In this document: positions 46,541 to 55,005 of the stretch, piece after piece
How positions within the stretch are numbered: position 1 is the first letter of the stretch
Layout of the letters: each line of letters opens with the position of its first letter
Assembly (NCBI GenBank): GCA_963757525.1
Contig: CAVWRM010000002.1
Coordinates: 12,795 to 76,794 of the forward strand
Reading direction: 5' to 3'
From: an uncultured Gemmatimonadales bacterium
GTDB taxonomy: Bacteria > Gemmatimonadota > Gemmatimonadetes > Gemmatimonadales > GWC2-71-9
Length of the DNA: 64,000 nt
Position numbers and translations under genes: made by a program
Notes under the pieces: generated by a model
Database searches by the model: none
What the model saw: the letters and a program-made list of their open reading frames with translations, nothing else
What the model was told of the DNA's origin: nothing

Positions 46541-47959
46541 ATGACGACCACCAGAATCGAGCGCGATCCGCTGGGGGAAAAGCCGGTCCCCGACTCGGCG
46601 CTCTACGGCGTTCAGACGCTTCGTGCGGCCGAGAATTTTCCCATCTCGGGGCTCCGCCCGCTGCCCCTCTTCGTCGACGCCGTAGTCTGGATCAAACGCT
46701 CGGCGGCGCTCACGCACAAGGAGACCGGCCGCCTCGAGGGCCGGCTGGCCGACGCGATCGTCAAGGCCGCCGACGAGGTGCTTGCCGGACAGCATCGGGA
46801 TCAGTTCATCGTGGACGTCTATCAGGCCGGTGCCGGGACGAGCCACAACATGAACGTCAACGAGGTCCTCGCCAACCGGGCCAACGAGCTGCTCGGGGGG
46901 TCGCGTGGGACCTACACGCCGGTGCATCCCAACGACCACGTGAACATGGCGCAGAGCACCAACGACGTCATTCCGACCGCCATGCGGCTGGCCACCCTCG
47001 CCGCCCTCCCGGGCCTGCTGGCCGCCCTCGACGGTCTGGCCGGCTCGCTGCTTGCCAAGGGAAAGGCGTTCGACTCGATCATCAAGTCCGGACGCACCCA
47101 TCTCCAGGACGCGACGCCCATTCGCCTCGGGCAGGAGTTCACCGCGTACGGCCACACCGTGCAACGGCATCGGAAGAAGCTGGTGGAGGCAGCAGACTGG
47201 CTCCGGGAGATGAACATCGGTGGTACGGCCGTCGGCACCGGCATCAACGCCGAGCCCGAGTACCCGGGGCTGATGGTCAAGTATCTCGGCGAGATCTCGC
47301 GCCTCGAGCTGCGGGAGGGCGCCGACCGGGTGCAGCTCATGCAGTCCATGGGCGATATCGCTACGTTGAGCGGCGCATTGCGGGCCTATGTTCTCGATCT
47401 CAACAAGATCGCCAACGACATCCGGCTGCTCGCGTCGGGGCCCCGCACGGGTCTCGCCGAGATCCTCTTGCCGCCCGTTCAGCCGGGCTCCAGCATCATG
47501 CCGGGCAAAGTGAATCCATCGATCGCCGAGATGGTGAACCAGGTGTGCTATCAGGCCCTGGGCCTCGATACCACCGTCGCGATGGCAGCCGAGGCGGGCC
47601 AGCTCGAGCTCAACGTGATGATGCCCGTCATCACGCACAACATCGTGTTCGGGCTCACGATCGTGGGCAACGCCACCCGGGTGCTCGCCGAGCGGTGCGT
47701 CGATGGGATCGAAGCCGACGAGGCGCAGTGCGCCTACTGGCTCGAGCGGAGCCCGGCACTCGTCACCGCGCTGGCGCCCAAGATCGGCTACGCCGAAGCC
47801 GCCAAGCTCGCAAAGGAAGCGCTCGCCACCGGGCTCACGGTCAAGGAGCTGGTGACCAGGAAAGGCATTCTCAAGGGCGACGAGCTGGCCGAAGTGCTCG
47901 ACCTCCGCGCCATGACGGAGCTGGGCGTGCCGGGAGGCAAGGGGATTCCCGCGGGGTAG
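46541..47959 (+). CDS. aspA: aspartate ammonia-lyase (fumarase/aspartase family)
   Basis: MTTTRIERDPLGEKPVPDSALYGVQTLRAAENF, GAGTSHNMNVNEVLANRA, and the signature GSSIMPGKVNP. Confidence 0.9.
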   Translation: MTTTRIERDPLGEKPVPDSALYGVQTLRAAENFPISGLRPLPLFVDAVVWIKRSAALTHKETGRLEGRLADAIVKAADEVLAGQHRDQFIVDVYQAGAGTSHNMNVNEVLANRANELLGGSRGTYTPVHPNDHVNMAQSTNDVIPTAMRLATLAALPGLLAALDGLAGSLLAKGKAFDSIIKSGRTHLQDATPIRLGQEFTAYGHTVQRHRKKLVEAADWLREMNIGGTAVGTGINAEPEYPGLMVKYLGEISRLELREGADRVQLMQSMGDIATLSGALRAYVLDLNKIANDIRLLASGPRTGLAEILLPPVQPGSSIMPGKVNPSIAEMVNQVCYQALGLDTTVAMAAEAGQLELNVMMPVITHNIVFGLTIVGNATRVLAERCVDGIEADEAQCAYWLERSPALVTALAPKIGYAEAAKLAKEALATGLTVKELVTRKGILKGDELAEVLDLRAMTELGVPGGKGIPAG

Positions 47960-47990
47960 AAGTCGCGGGCCGCGGGTCTGGAGGAGCGGC

Positions 47991-48764
47991 CTAGGGACTC
48001 GGGACTCGGGACTCGGGACTCCCGACTTCCAGCTCGATGACCCGGAAGGGCAGGGCGCCGGGAAAGACGCGCTGCAGCAGGTTGAGGGACACGTTGTAGA
48101 CCGGCACCTTCCCCTGCGTCGACCCTTCCGCCGCCCCATGGTGTGCATGTCCGTGAAACACGGCATCCACCGGGTATCGCGTCAGCGGTTCCTCCAACCG
48201 GCTGCATCCCAGGAAGGGATAGATCTCCCGCGGCTCCCCCTCGACGGTGCTCTCGACCGGCGAGTAGTGCAGCAACGCCACCCGGCGTTTGCTGCGCAGG
48301 CGGCCCAAGGCGGTCTCGAGCTTGAGCGCCTCGTTGAGAGCCTCTTGCACGAAGCGTTTGATGATGTCTTCGCCCCAGGGCCCGAGCGTGCCTCGGCCGA
48401 ATCCCCCAGCGAATCCCTTGATCCCGGCGAAGCCGACGCCCTCGACCTCGCATGCGTCTCCATCGAGCATCCGCACGCCGGCGTCGCAGAGGATCTTCGA
48501 GACCTCCGCCGCCTTGCCGAGCTGGTAGTCGTGATTGCCGAGCACGGCGACGATGGGGATCGTGACCGCACCGAGCACCCGCGCCAGGGTCCGGGCCTCG
48601 TCCGGATTCCCGTTGTCGGTGAGGTCGCCGCAGAGGGCCAACACATCCGCCCGTTCGCCCACCTCGGCGAAGAGGGTCCTGAGCGGCACTCCCTGCTCCG
48701 TGCGGCCGAAGTGGAGATCTCCTACCGCGGCCACGCGGACGATCCTGCGCTGCCCATTGGTCAT
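47991..48764 (-). CDS. calcineurin-like metallophosphoesterase
   Basis: RVAAVGDLHFG, VLALCGDLTDNG, AVLGNHDY, GHAHHG. ATG 48764 lies inside ORF 47991..48812. The C-terminal 9 aa are encoded by the heptamer repeat. Confidence 0.85.
   Translation of the reverse strand: MTNGQRRIVRVAAVGDLHFGRTEQGVPLRTLFAEVGERADVLALCGDLTDNGNPDEARTLARVLGAVTIPIVAVLGNHDYQLGKAAEVSKILCDAGVRMLDGDACEVEGVGFAGIKGFAGGFGRGTLGPWGEDIIKRFVQEALNEALKLETALGRLRSKRRVALLHYSPVESTVEGEPREIYPFLGCSRLEEPLTRYPVDAVFHGHAHHGAAEGSTQGKVPVYNVSLNLLQRVFPGALPFRVIELEVGSPESRVPSP
47994..48021. repeat. tandem heptamer (gggactc) x4
   Basis: Four perfect copies at 47994, 48001, 48008 and 48015. They form the last 9 codons (SPESRVPSP) of the minus-strand ORF 47991..48764. 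Confidence 0.9.
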
Positions 48765-48835
48765 GGCGCCAATCAACCGGATGACGGCCGTCCGAGCGGT
48801 GATCCCCCGCACAACGCCTCGCCGGGGGGCCAGGT

Positions 48836-49663
48836 ATGATGAGGGCCCCAGGAGGAGGACGGATGGGTCTTTCGCCGACGCAGTCGATGGTCGAGACGCC
48901 TTCGCGCGTGTTCTACCGGGAGGCGATGGAGATGCTGACCCGGGCCGGCGTTCCGTTCCTGGTCGGCGGCTCCTTCGCCTTCATCCACCAGTCGGGCATC
49001 GACCGCTCCACCAAGGACCTCGACCTCTTCGTCCGGCCCGAGGACGTGCACAACCTGCTGGAGGCGTCGGCGGCGGCGGGTTACCAGCCGGATCTCGTGC
49101 ACTCCCACTGGCTCGCCAAGATCCGGTCGAAAGACTCGTTCATCGACGTGATCTTCAACTCCGGAAATGGCATGGCGCGGGTGGACGACGAGTGGTTCGC
49201 GCATTCCCGGGTGCGCGAGGTGCTGGGGATGGAAGTCCGGATCGCGCCGGCGGAGGAGTCCCTCTGGTCCAAGGCGTTCGTAATGGAGCGCGAGCGATTC
49301 GACGGCGCCGATGTCGCCCATATCATCCTCATGCACGGCGACAAGCTCGACTGGACCCGAGTGCTCGATCGCTTCGGTGCCTATTGGCGCGTGCTGCTCG
49401 CCCATCTGACGCTCTACGGATTCATCTTCCCGTCCGCGCGATCCAAGGTGCCCGTGTGGCTCATGGACGAGCTGCTCGGCAGGCTCCGGGGCGAGATCGG
49501 AACCCCGGACGCCGAGGAGCCGGTCTGCTACGGGACGCTTCTCTCGTGGTCCCAATATCTCGGCGACGTGTTGGCCGGATCGTTTCGCGACGCGCGAATC
49601 CGTCCGTACGGCACGCTCAGCGCCGAGGAGGTCGTGCGCTGGACGGCGGCGGAAAAAAAGTGA
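48836..49663 (+). CDS. nucleotidyltransferase-fold family protein
   Basis: FLVGGSFAFIHQSGIDRSTKDLDLFV matches the minimal NTase pattern G[GS]-x(n)-D-x-D. The rest is helical. The start is uncertain (ATG 48836, 48839, 48863 or 48887). Confidence 0.6.
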   Translation: MMRAPGGGRMGLSPTQSMVETPSRVFYREAMEMLTRAGVPFLVGGSFAFIHQSGIDRSTKDLDLFVRPEDVHNLLEASAAAGYQPDLVHSHWLAKIRSKDSFIDVIFNSGNGMARVDDEWFAHSRVREVLGMEVRIAPAEESLWSKAFVMERERFDGADVAHIILMHGDKLDWTRVLDRFGAYWRVLLAHLTLYGFIFPSARSKVPVWLMDELLGRLRGEIGTPDAEEPVCYGTLLSWSQYLGDVLAGSFRDARIRPYGTLSAEEVVRWTAAEKK

Positions 49664-49719
49664 CCGCCGCCGCTCGGCCAGCTTGAATCCCGACCCTTTC
49701 GACCCCATATTCTCCCCTC

Positions 49720-50178
49720 ATGCGGGTCACCACCTGGACCGAATACAGCCTCATCATTTCGCTGCACCTTGCCCGCCGCGGACGGACGGGGTCCGGCCCG
49801 GTCGCGGCAAGGGAGCTCGCCGACATCGAGCGCCTGCCGGCTGACTACGTCGAGCAGATTCTCCTGCGCCTGCGCCGCGCGGGCCTCGTCGAGAGCGTTC
49901 GCGGCGCCAAGGGCGGATACTTTCTCGCCAAGGAACCGTCGGCCATCTCCGTGCGGGACGTGATGACCGCCTCCGAGCATCAGACCTTCGAAGTCAACTG
50001 CGATTCCCATCCGGTGGATGCCGAGCGATGTAGCCCGGGCTCCACCTGCAGCATCCGGCCGGTTTGGCACGCCCTCCAGCAGCGGGTCGACGAGTTGCTG
50101 GCGAGCATTTCACTCGCCGACCTGATGAAGCAGGAGCTCCAGGTTCAGGAACTGGTCGGGATCTCATCGGCGAGCTAG
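49720..50178 (+). CDS. Rrf2-family transcriptional regulator
   Basis: MRVTTWTEYSLIISLHLAR...ELADIERLPADYVEQILLRLRRAGLVESVRGAKGGYFLAK (wHTH), plus Cys residues (CDSH...C...C) that could ligate an Fe-S cluster. Confidence 0.9.
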   Translation: MRVTTWTEYSLIISLHLARRGRTGSGPVAARELADIERLPADYVEQILLRLRRAGLVESVRGAKGGYFLAKEPSAISVRDVMTASEHQTFEVNCDSHPVDAERCSPGSTCSIRPVWHALQQRVDELLASISLADLMKQELQVQELVGISSAS

Positions 50179-50242
50179 GCGTTTCGCGTCTCCGCCCGCG
50201 CCCGGCCGCATCGGCCGGGCGTTTTTCTTTTCGGGGTGGGAC

Positions 50243-51169
50243 ATGAGAGTCGTGACGGACACGGTGACGACGGGCGAGCCGGCCATCTGGAGCGCGGTGG
50301 GCAATACGCCGCTTTTCCCGGTGACCTTTCCGGAGATCGCCACCGACCGCCTGTGGCTCAAGGCGGAGTGGCTGAACCCGGGCGGGAGCGTCAAGGACCG
50401 AACGGCCCGGGCGATTCTCCGCGACGCCATGCGGCGTGGACACTTGCCGGGAAGGCGGCTGCTCGATGCGTCGAGCGGCAACACCGGCATCGCGTACGCG
50501 ATGCTCGGAGCGGCCGCGGGCATCGACGTGACGATCTGTCTTCCGGGGAATGCGAGTCCGGAGCGCAAGGCACTTCTGGAGATCTACGGCGCCGAGGTGA
50601 TCCTCACCGACCGCCTCGACGGAACCGAGGGCGCCTCACGGCGTGCCCGAGAGCTGGCGGCGAGTGAGCCGGACCGGTACTTCTACGCCGATCAGTACGG
50701 CAACCCCGCCAATCCCCAGGCCCACCGTGAGACGACGGGCCCGGAGATCTGGCGCCAGACCGAAGGCCGGATCACCCATTTCGTCGCGGCGATGGGCACG
50801 ACGGGAACCATGATGGGCACCGGCGGGTATCTGAAGGAGAAGAACCGCGGGGTGACCCTCGTCGGGGTGCAGCCGGACGGGCCGTTTCACGGACTCGAAG
50901 GGCTGAAGCACCTGCGTACGACGACGTCGCCGCCGGCCCTGTACGATCCATCGGTTCCGGACCAGGTGATCGAAGTGTCCACCGAGTCGGCCGACGCCGC
51001 GGCTCGGCGGCTGGCACGCCAGGGTTACCTCGTGGGCTGGTCCGCCGGCGCGGCGGTCGCTGCGGGTCTGGGTATTCTCGAGCGGGAGCCCAACGCCTAC
51101 GTCGTCGTCGTCGGATGCGACACCGGTGCGCGGTACCTGAGCGAGCCCCATCGCTGGGAGGCATCGTGA
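50243..51169 (+). CDS. cysM: PLP-dependent cysteine synthase (CysM-type, CysO-thiocarboxylate dependent by context)
   Basis: VGNTPL, NPGGSVKDRTA (PLP Lys) and SSGNTGIAYA. Followed by mec and cysO, as in the mycobacterial cysO-cysM-mec pathway. Confidence 0.9.
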   Translation: MRVVTDTVTTGEPAIWSAVGNTPLFPVTFPEIATDRLWLKAEWLNPGGSVKDRTARAILRDAMRRGHLPGRRLLDASSGNTGIAYAMLGAAAGIDVTICLPGNASPERKALLEIYGAEVILTDRLDGTEGASRRARELAASEPDRYFYADQYGNPANPQAHRETTGPEIWRQTEGRITHFVAAMGTTGTMMGTGGYLKEKNRGVTLVGVQPDGPFHGLEGLKHLRTTTSPPALYDPSVPDQVIEVSTESADAAARRLARQGYLVGWSAGAAVAAGLGILEREPNAYVVVVGCDTGARYLSEPHRWEAS

Positions 51170-51597
51170 CGTTACGACTGGCCGCGTCGATGGCCGACGA
51201 CATCCGCCGCCACGGGGAGGCTGCGTATCCGGCGGAGTGTTGCGGCGCCCTGGTGGGTCGAACGGGGGAACCGGACGTGAAGGAAGTGGTGCGACTGGCG
51301 CCGGCGGTCAACCGCCGCACCGACGACCCGCATCGGTATCTCATCGCTCCGGACGACTTGCGCAGGCTCGAGGCGCAGGTGCGGTCGGAGGGGCTCGAGA
51401 TCGTCGGCTATTACCACTCCCATCCGGATCATCCGGCGGCGCCCTCCGCGTTCGATGCCGATCACGCCTGGCCGTGGTACAGTTATGTCATCGTGCGCGT
51501 GGAGCAGGGCCGCGGCGCGGAGCTGGCCAGCTGGGTGCTGGACGACGATCGCCCCCGGATGCACGCCGAGCCACTCGAAGTCCCGAGCGAGGTATGA
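51166..51597 (+). CDS. mec: JAMM/MPN+ metalloprotease (Mec-like)
   Basis: ECCGALVG (Glu) and the JAMM motif HSHPDHPAAPSAFD (HxH-x7-S-x2-D). GTG 51166 overlaps the cysM stop (GTGA). Confidence 0.85.
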   Translation: MTLRLAASMADDIRRHGEAAYPAECCGALVGRTGEPDVKEVVRLAPAVNRRTDDPHRYLIAPDDLRRLEAQVRSEGLEIVGYYHSHPDHPAAPSAFDADHAWPWYSYVIVRVEQGRGAELASWVLDDDRPRMHAEPLEVPSEV

Positions 51598-53033
51598 CCA
51601 TGTCCGTGACCGTTTCCATCCCGACTCCCCTTCGCAGCTTCACCGGCGGGCACGACGCCGTGGAGCTCGCCGGCTCGACGGTCGGCGAGGTGCTCCACGG
51701 CCTCTTGAGCACTCACGCCGGCCTGAAGCGTCACCTGGTGCAGGACGACGGCCGTCTGCGGACCTTCGTCAACCTCTATCTCAACGACACCGACATCCGG
51801 CAGCTCGCCTCCACCGCCACGCCGGTGCGTGAGGGCGACGTCCTCACCATCGTGCCGAGCATCGCCGGCGGAAGACCCGCGGTCGAAACCGAGCTGCCCA
51901 AGCTCGCCCACGCCGAGGTGCTGCGGTACTCCAGGCACCTGCTGCTGCCCGAGGTCGGTGTCGAGGGGCAGCGGAAGCTCAAGGCCGCGCGTGTGCTCAC
52001 GATCGGAGCCGGCGGGCTGGGATCGCCGCTGTCCCTCTATCTCGCGGCGGCGGGTGTGGGCACGATCGGCATCGTGGACTTCGACGTGGTGGATCTCACC
52101 AATCTCCAGCGGCAGATCGTGCACGGTACATCCACGCTGGGCACGCCCAAGCTCGAGTCGGCCAAGGCGCGGCTCACCGACCTCAACCCCAACATCACGG
52201 TGGACACCTACGAGGCGCGGCTGACGTCCGAGAACGCCCTCGGCATCATCCGCGACTACGACATCGTCGTCGATGGCACCGACAACTTCCCGACCCGGTA
52301 TCTCGTGAACGACGCGTGCGTACTTCTGGGCAAGCCCAACGTCTACGGGAGCATCTTCCGGTTCGAGGGACAGGCGTCGGTCTTTTACGCGAAGGAAGGC
52401 CCCTGCTACCGATGCCTCTACTCCGAGCCGCCCCCTCCGGGCCTGGTTCCGAGCTGTGCCGAGGGCGGGGTGCTGGGTGTGCTGCCCGGCATCATCGGAA
52501 GCATCCAGGCGCTCGAGACGATCAAGTGGATCATCGGCGCGGGTGATTCTCTGGTCGGGCGGCTGGTGCTGTTCGACGCGCTCAAGCTCCGCTTCCGCGA
52601 GCTCAAGCTGCGCAAGGACCCCGATTGCCCGATCTGCGGGACCAACCCGACGATCCACGAGCTGATCGACTACCAGGCCTTCTGCGGCATCGGGGCCGAG
52701 CCCGACTACACCGGTCTCGAGATCTCGGTCGAGGACTTTCGCCGGGAGCGTGAAGCCAAGAGCGACGACTTGGTGCTGATCGACGTCCGCGAGCCTCACG
52801 AGTGGGAGATCGCCCACATCGACGGCGCCCGTCTCATTCCGCTCGGCCAGCTCCCCGAGCGGCTGGGCGAACTCGACGGCCATGCGGAGATCGTCACCCA
52901 GTGCCACAAGGGCAGCCGCTCGATGAAAGCGCTGCAGATCCTGCGCGGCGCCGGCTTCGGAAAGGTGCGGAACCTGGCTGGCGGCATCGATGCGTGGGCG
53001 GAGCGGATCGAGCCGGGGATGGCGCGGTATTGA
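51594..53033 (+). CDS. fusion protein: CysO-like ThiS/MoaD sulfur carrier (aa 1-93, ends ...SIAGG) + MoeZ/MoeB-like E1 adenylyltransferase + rhodanese
   Basis: MTMSVTVSIPTPLRSFTGG...TFVNLYLNDTDIR...GDVLTIVPSIAGG is a CysO-like beta-grasp domain ending in GG at nt 51867-51872. There is no stop codon there. It continues RPAVETELPKLAHAEVLRYSRHLLLPEVGVEGQRKL, VLTIGAGGLGSP, NLQRQ, DNFPTRYLVNDA and CAEGGVLG, then a rhodanese with CHKGSRS. ATGA overlap with mec. Confidence 0.85.
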   Translation: MTMSVTVSIPTPLRSFTGGHDAVELAGSTVGEVLHGLLSTHAGLKRHLVQDDGRLRTFVNLYLNDTDIRQLASTATPVREGDVLTIVPSIAGGRPAVETELPKLAHAEVLRYSRHLLLPEVGVEGQRKLKAARVLTIGAGGLGSPLSLYLAAAGVGTIGIVDFDVVDLTNLQRQIVHGTSTLGTPKLESAKARLTDLNPNITVDTYEARLTSENALGIIRDYDIVVDGTDNFPTRYLVNDACVLLGKPNVYGSIFRFEGQASVFYAKEGPCYRCLYSEPPPPGLVPSCAEGGVLGVLPGIIGSIQALETIKWIIGAGDSLVGRLVLFDALKLRFRELKLRKDPDCPICGTNPTIHELIDYQAFCGIGAEPDYTGLEISVEDFRREREAKSDDLVLIDVREPHEWEIAHIDGARLIPLGQLPERLGELDGHAEIVTQCHKGSRSMKALQILRGAGFGKVRNLAGGIDAWAERIEPGMARY

Positions 53034-53066
53034 GGGCGAAAGGGCGAAAGGGCGAAAGGCGAAAGG
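53034..53066. repeat. tandem (gggcgaaa) x3 + ggcgaaagg; left arm of inverted repeat
   Basis: Copies at 53034, 53042, 53050 and 53058, immediately after the stop of 51594..53033. Confidence 0.9.
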
Positions 53067-53130
53067 AACAACTGGTGAAACGTGAGCCCCGGTGTCCTGA
53101 GATGCCGTAGGCTCACATCACCGGGCTATC

Positions 53131-53150
53131 TTTTCGCCCTTTCGCCCCTC
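53131..53150. repeat. right arm: ttttcgccctttcgcccctc, reverse complement of gaggggcgaaagggcgaaaa
   Basis: Complementary to the 53031-53066 repeat. It abuts the 3' end of tRNA-Leu (53152). Confidence 0.85.
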
Positions 53151-53151
53151 A

Positions 53152-53235
53152 TGCCGAAGGCGGGACTCGAACCCGCACGGGCTTGCGCCCACTGCGCCCT
53201 GAACGCAGCGCGTCTACCAGTTCCACCACTTCGGC
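53152..53235 (-). tRNA. tRNA-Leu (anticodon CAG)
   Basis: The reverse complement is GCCGAAGTGGTGGAACTGGTAGACGCGCTGCGTTCAGGGCGCAGTGGGCGCAAGCCCGTGCGGGTTCGAGTCCCGCCTTCGGCA. It has a 7-bp acceptor stem (GCCGAAG/CTTCGGC), anticodon stem CTGCG/CGCAG with loop TTCAGGG, a long variable arm, and a T-loop GGTTCGAGTCC. Confidence 0.95.
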
Positions 53236-53329
53236 GAAGCGGGCAAGCTACCGCTCCGGGCAGGGCGGGTCAACCCGCGCCGTTGACCGGGCCGAAGTGC
53301 TGGCCTATCCTTTGCTTAGGAAAGGTGAT

Positions 53330-53815
53330 GTGACCCCCGATTCCTCCCCGCCCCCCGAGCGCAAGCAGTTCGTCGCCCGCAATCCGAAGGCGACGCACGA
53401 CTACCACATTCTGGACACCTGGGAGTCGGGCATCGTGCTCACCGGTACCGAGGTCAAGTCGCTGCGAGACGGCAAGGCCTCCATCAAGGAAGCCTACGCG
53501 CGAGTGCGCCGTGGGGAGATCTTCTTGGAAGGCATGAATATCACGCCTTACGAGCAGGGGAACCGCTACAATCACGACCCGGTGCGCACCCGCAAGCTGC
53601 TGCTGCACCGCAAGGAGATCGAGAAGCTGATCGGCGCCGTCGAACAGCAGGGTCTGACCCTGATTCCCCTCGAGCTGTACTTCAAGAACGGTCGAGCCAA
53701 GGTGGCGCTTGCCCTGGGACGGGGCAAAAAGCAGCACGACAAGCGGCAAGATCTGAAACGCCGGGTGGCCGAGCGTGAGGCCGCCCGGGCTGTCTCCATT
53801 CGGGGACGCCAGTGA
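53330..53815 (+). CDS. smpB: SsrA-binding protein SmpB
   Basis: ARNPKATHDYHILDTWESGIVLTGTEVKSLRDGKASIKEAY...NHDPVRTRKLLLHRKEI...LIPLELYFKNGRAKVALALGRGKK. GTG 53330 lies inside ORF 53183..53815, whose 5' part is antisense to the tRNA. Confidence 0.9.
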   Translation: MTPDSSPPPERKQFVARNPKATHDYHILDTWESGIVLTGTEVKSLRDGKASIKEAYARVRRGEIFLEGMNITPYEQGNRYNHDPVRTRKLLLHRKEIEKLIGAVEQQGLTLIPLELYFKNGRAKVALALGRGKKQHDKRQDLKRRVAEREAARAVSIRGRQ

Positions 53816-55005
53816 TCGCCGCGCTGGCCATCGCCACCGCGCTGCTGGCCCCCGTACACCTCCCGACCGAGGTGACCGTGGCCGGCGCCAGGATCGCGGT
53901 CCGGTCCGATCCTTCGGGCGCGGCCGTGGTCCCGGCGGCTCCGCTGCTGCTCGCGCTGCACGGGACGATGCGGATGGACGAGGCCTGGGCCGAGGTCACG
54001 GTCGCCCGTCAGCCGTTCCGCTTTCTGATCGGGGCGCCGCTGTGTGTGTTCGGCACCCGTCTCGTCCCGCTGGCCGGCCAGGCCTCGTTCACCAAAGACA
54101 GCCTCTACCTCCCGTTCCAGTTCGTCGCCGAGATTCTGCCGTACTACCTCGGCGACCGGTATCGCTACGATCCCCGTCAGGCCCGGCTGGACGAGGTCGG
54201 CGCCCAGGTAGCTCGCCTTGGCGCCAGCGTCGCCTCGTCCACCGGCGTCACCCGTCTCCCCAACGGCCTTCGCCCCGGACACGTGGTCACCATCGATCCC
54301 GGTCACGGGGGCGTCGACCCCGGCAATCCCGGTATCTTCTTCCCCCGCGGGACGAGGGAGAAGGACGTTACCCTCGCGGTCGGGCTGCTGCTGCGTGAGG
54401 AGCTCAAGCGTCGCGGGGTGGGTGTCCGCATGACCCGCTCCACCGACACCTTGATCGCCCTGGGCGACCGGGGTGGGTATTGCACCGAGGCGTGTGATCT
54501 CTTCGTCAGCCTGCACGTCAATGCATTGAAGCGACGGCCAGGATTCACCTACGTCCGCGGATACGAGACGTACTTCCTCGCCGAGGCGAAGACCGAAGAC
54601 GCGGCGCGGGTGGCCCAGATGGAAAACGACGCCGTTCGGTTCGAGACCGCGCCCGACGCGGCCGGCCCGAGCGGGTTGGATTTCATCCTGAAGGACCTCC
54701 AGTTGAACGAGCATCTGCGGGAATCCGCGCGGGTGGCGGAGCTGGTGCAGAAGGGCCTTGGCACCATTCATACCGGCGACAGCCGCGGCGTGAAGCAGGC
54801 CGGATTCATGGTGCTCACCACCGCGAGACGTCCCGCGATTCTGGTCGAAATGGGCTACAGCACCAATCCTCAGGACGGACGGTTCCTCACGACGACCGCG
54901 ATGCAGCGGTCGATGGCATCGGCCATCGCCGACGCGATCGTGGCCTATCTGCTGGAATACGAGCGCAAGACCGCGGCTGCCCGCGATTCGGGGGCCGCGC
55001 GGTGA
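53812..55005 (+). CDS. N-acetylmuramoyl-L-alanine amidase (Amidase_3 family)
   Basis: VVTIDPGHGGVDPG, KDVTLAVGLLLREEL, LFVSLHVNA, and GVKQAGFMVLTTARRPAILVEMGYSTNP. GTGA overlap with smpB. Confidence 0.9.
   Translation: MIAALAIATALLAPVHLPTEVTVAGARIAVRSDPSGAAVVPAAPLLLALHGTMRMDEAWAEVTVARQPFRFLIGAPLCVFGTRLVPLAGQASFTKDSLYLPFQFVAEILPYYLGDRYRYDPRQARLDEVGAQVARLGASVASSTGVTRLPNGLRPGHVVTIDPGHGGVDPGNPGIFFPRGTREKDVTLAVGLLLREELKRRGVGVRMTRSTDTLIALGDRGGYCTEACDLFVSLHVNALKRRPGFTYVRGYETYFLAEAKTEDAARVAQMENDAVRFETAPDAAGPSGLDFILKDLQLNEHLRESARVAELVQKGLGTIHTGDSRGVKQAGFMVLTTARRPAILVEMGYSTNPQDGRFLTTTAMQRSMASAIADAIVAYLLEYERKTAAARDSGAAR

Noticed and set aside
46240-48166. Two ~550-580-aa ORFs (46240..47994 + and 46529..48166 -) overlapping aspA
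   Set aside because: They are out-of-frame or antisense shadows of aspA. Only the 46541..47959 frame contains the GSSIMPGKVNP signature.
48836-49663. The nucleotidyltransferase-fold protein as a CD-NTase/CBASS-like signalling enzyme paired with the divergent metallophosphoesterase
   Set aside because: Only a minimal G[GS]...DxD pattern is visible. The size and helical C-terminus look like the small DUF-type NTases, and no effector or Cap-like genes are nearby. The evidence is insufficient.
41462-53150. The possibility that the short tandem repeats (41494-41520, 47994-48021, 53034-53066) are CRISPR arrays
   Set aside because: The units are only 7-8 nt and directly abutting, with no spacers. 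No cas genes or leader are present.
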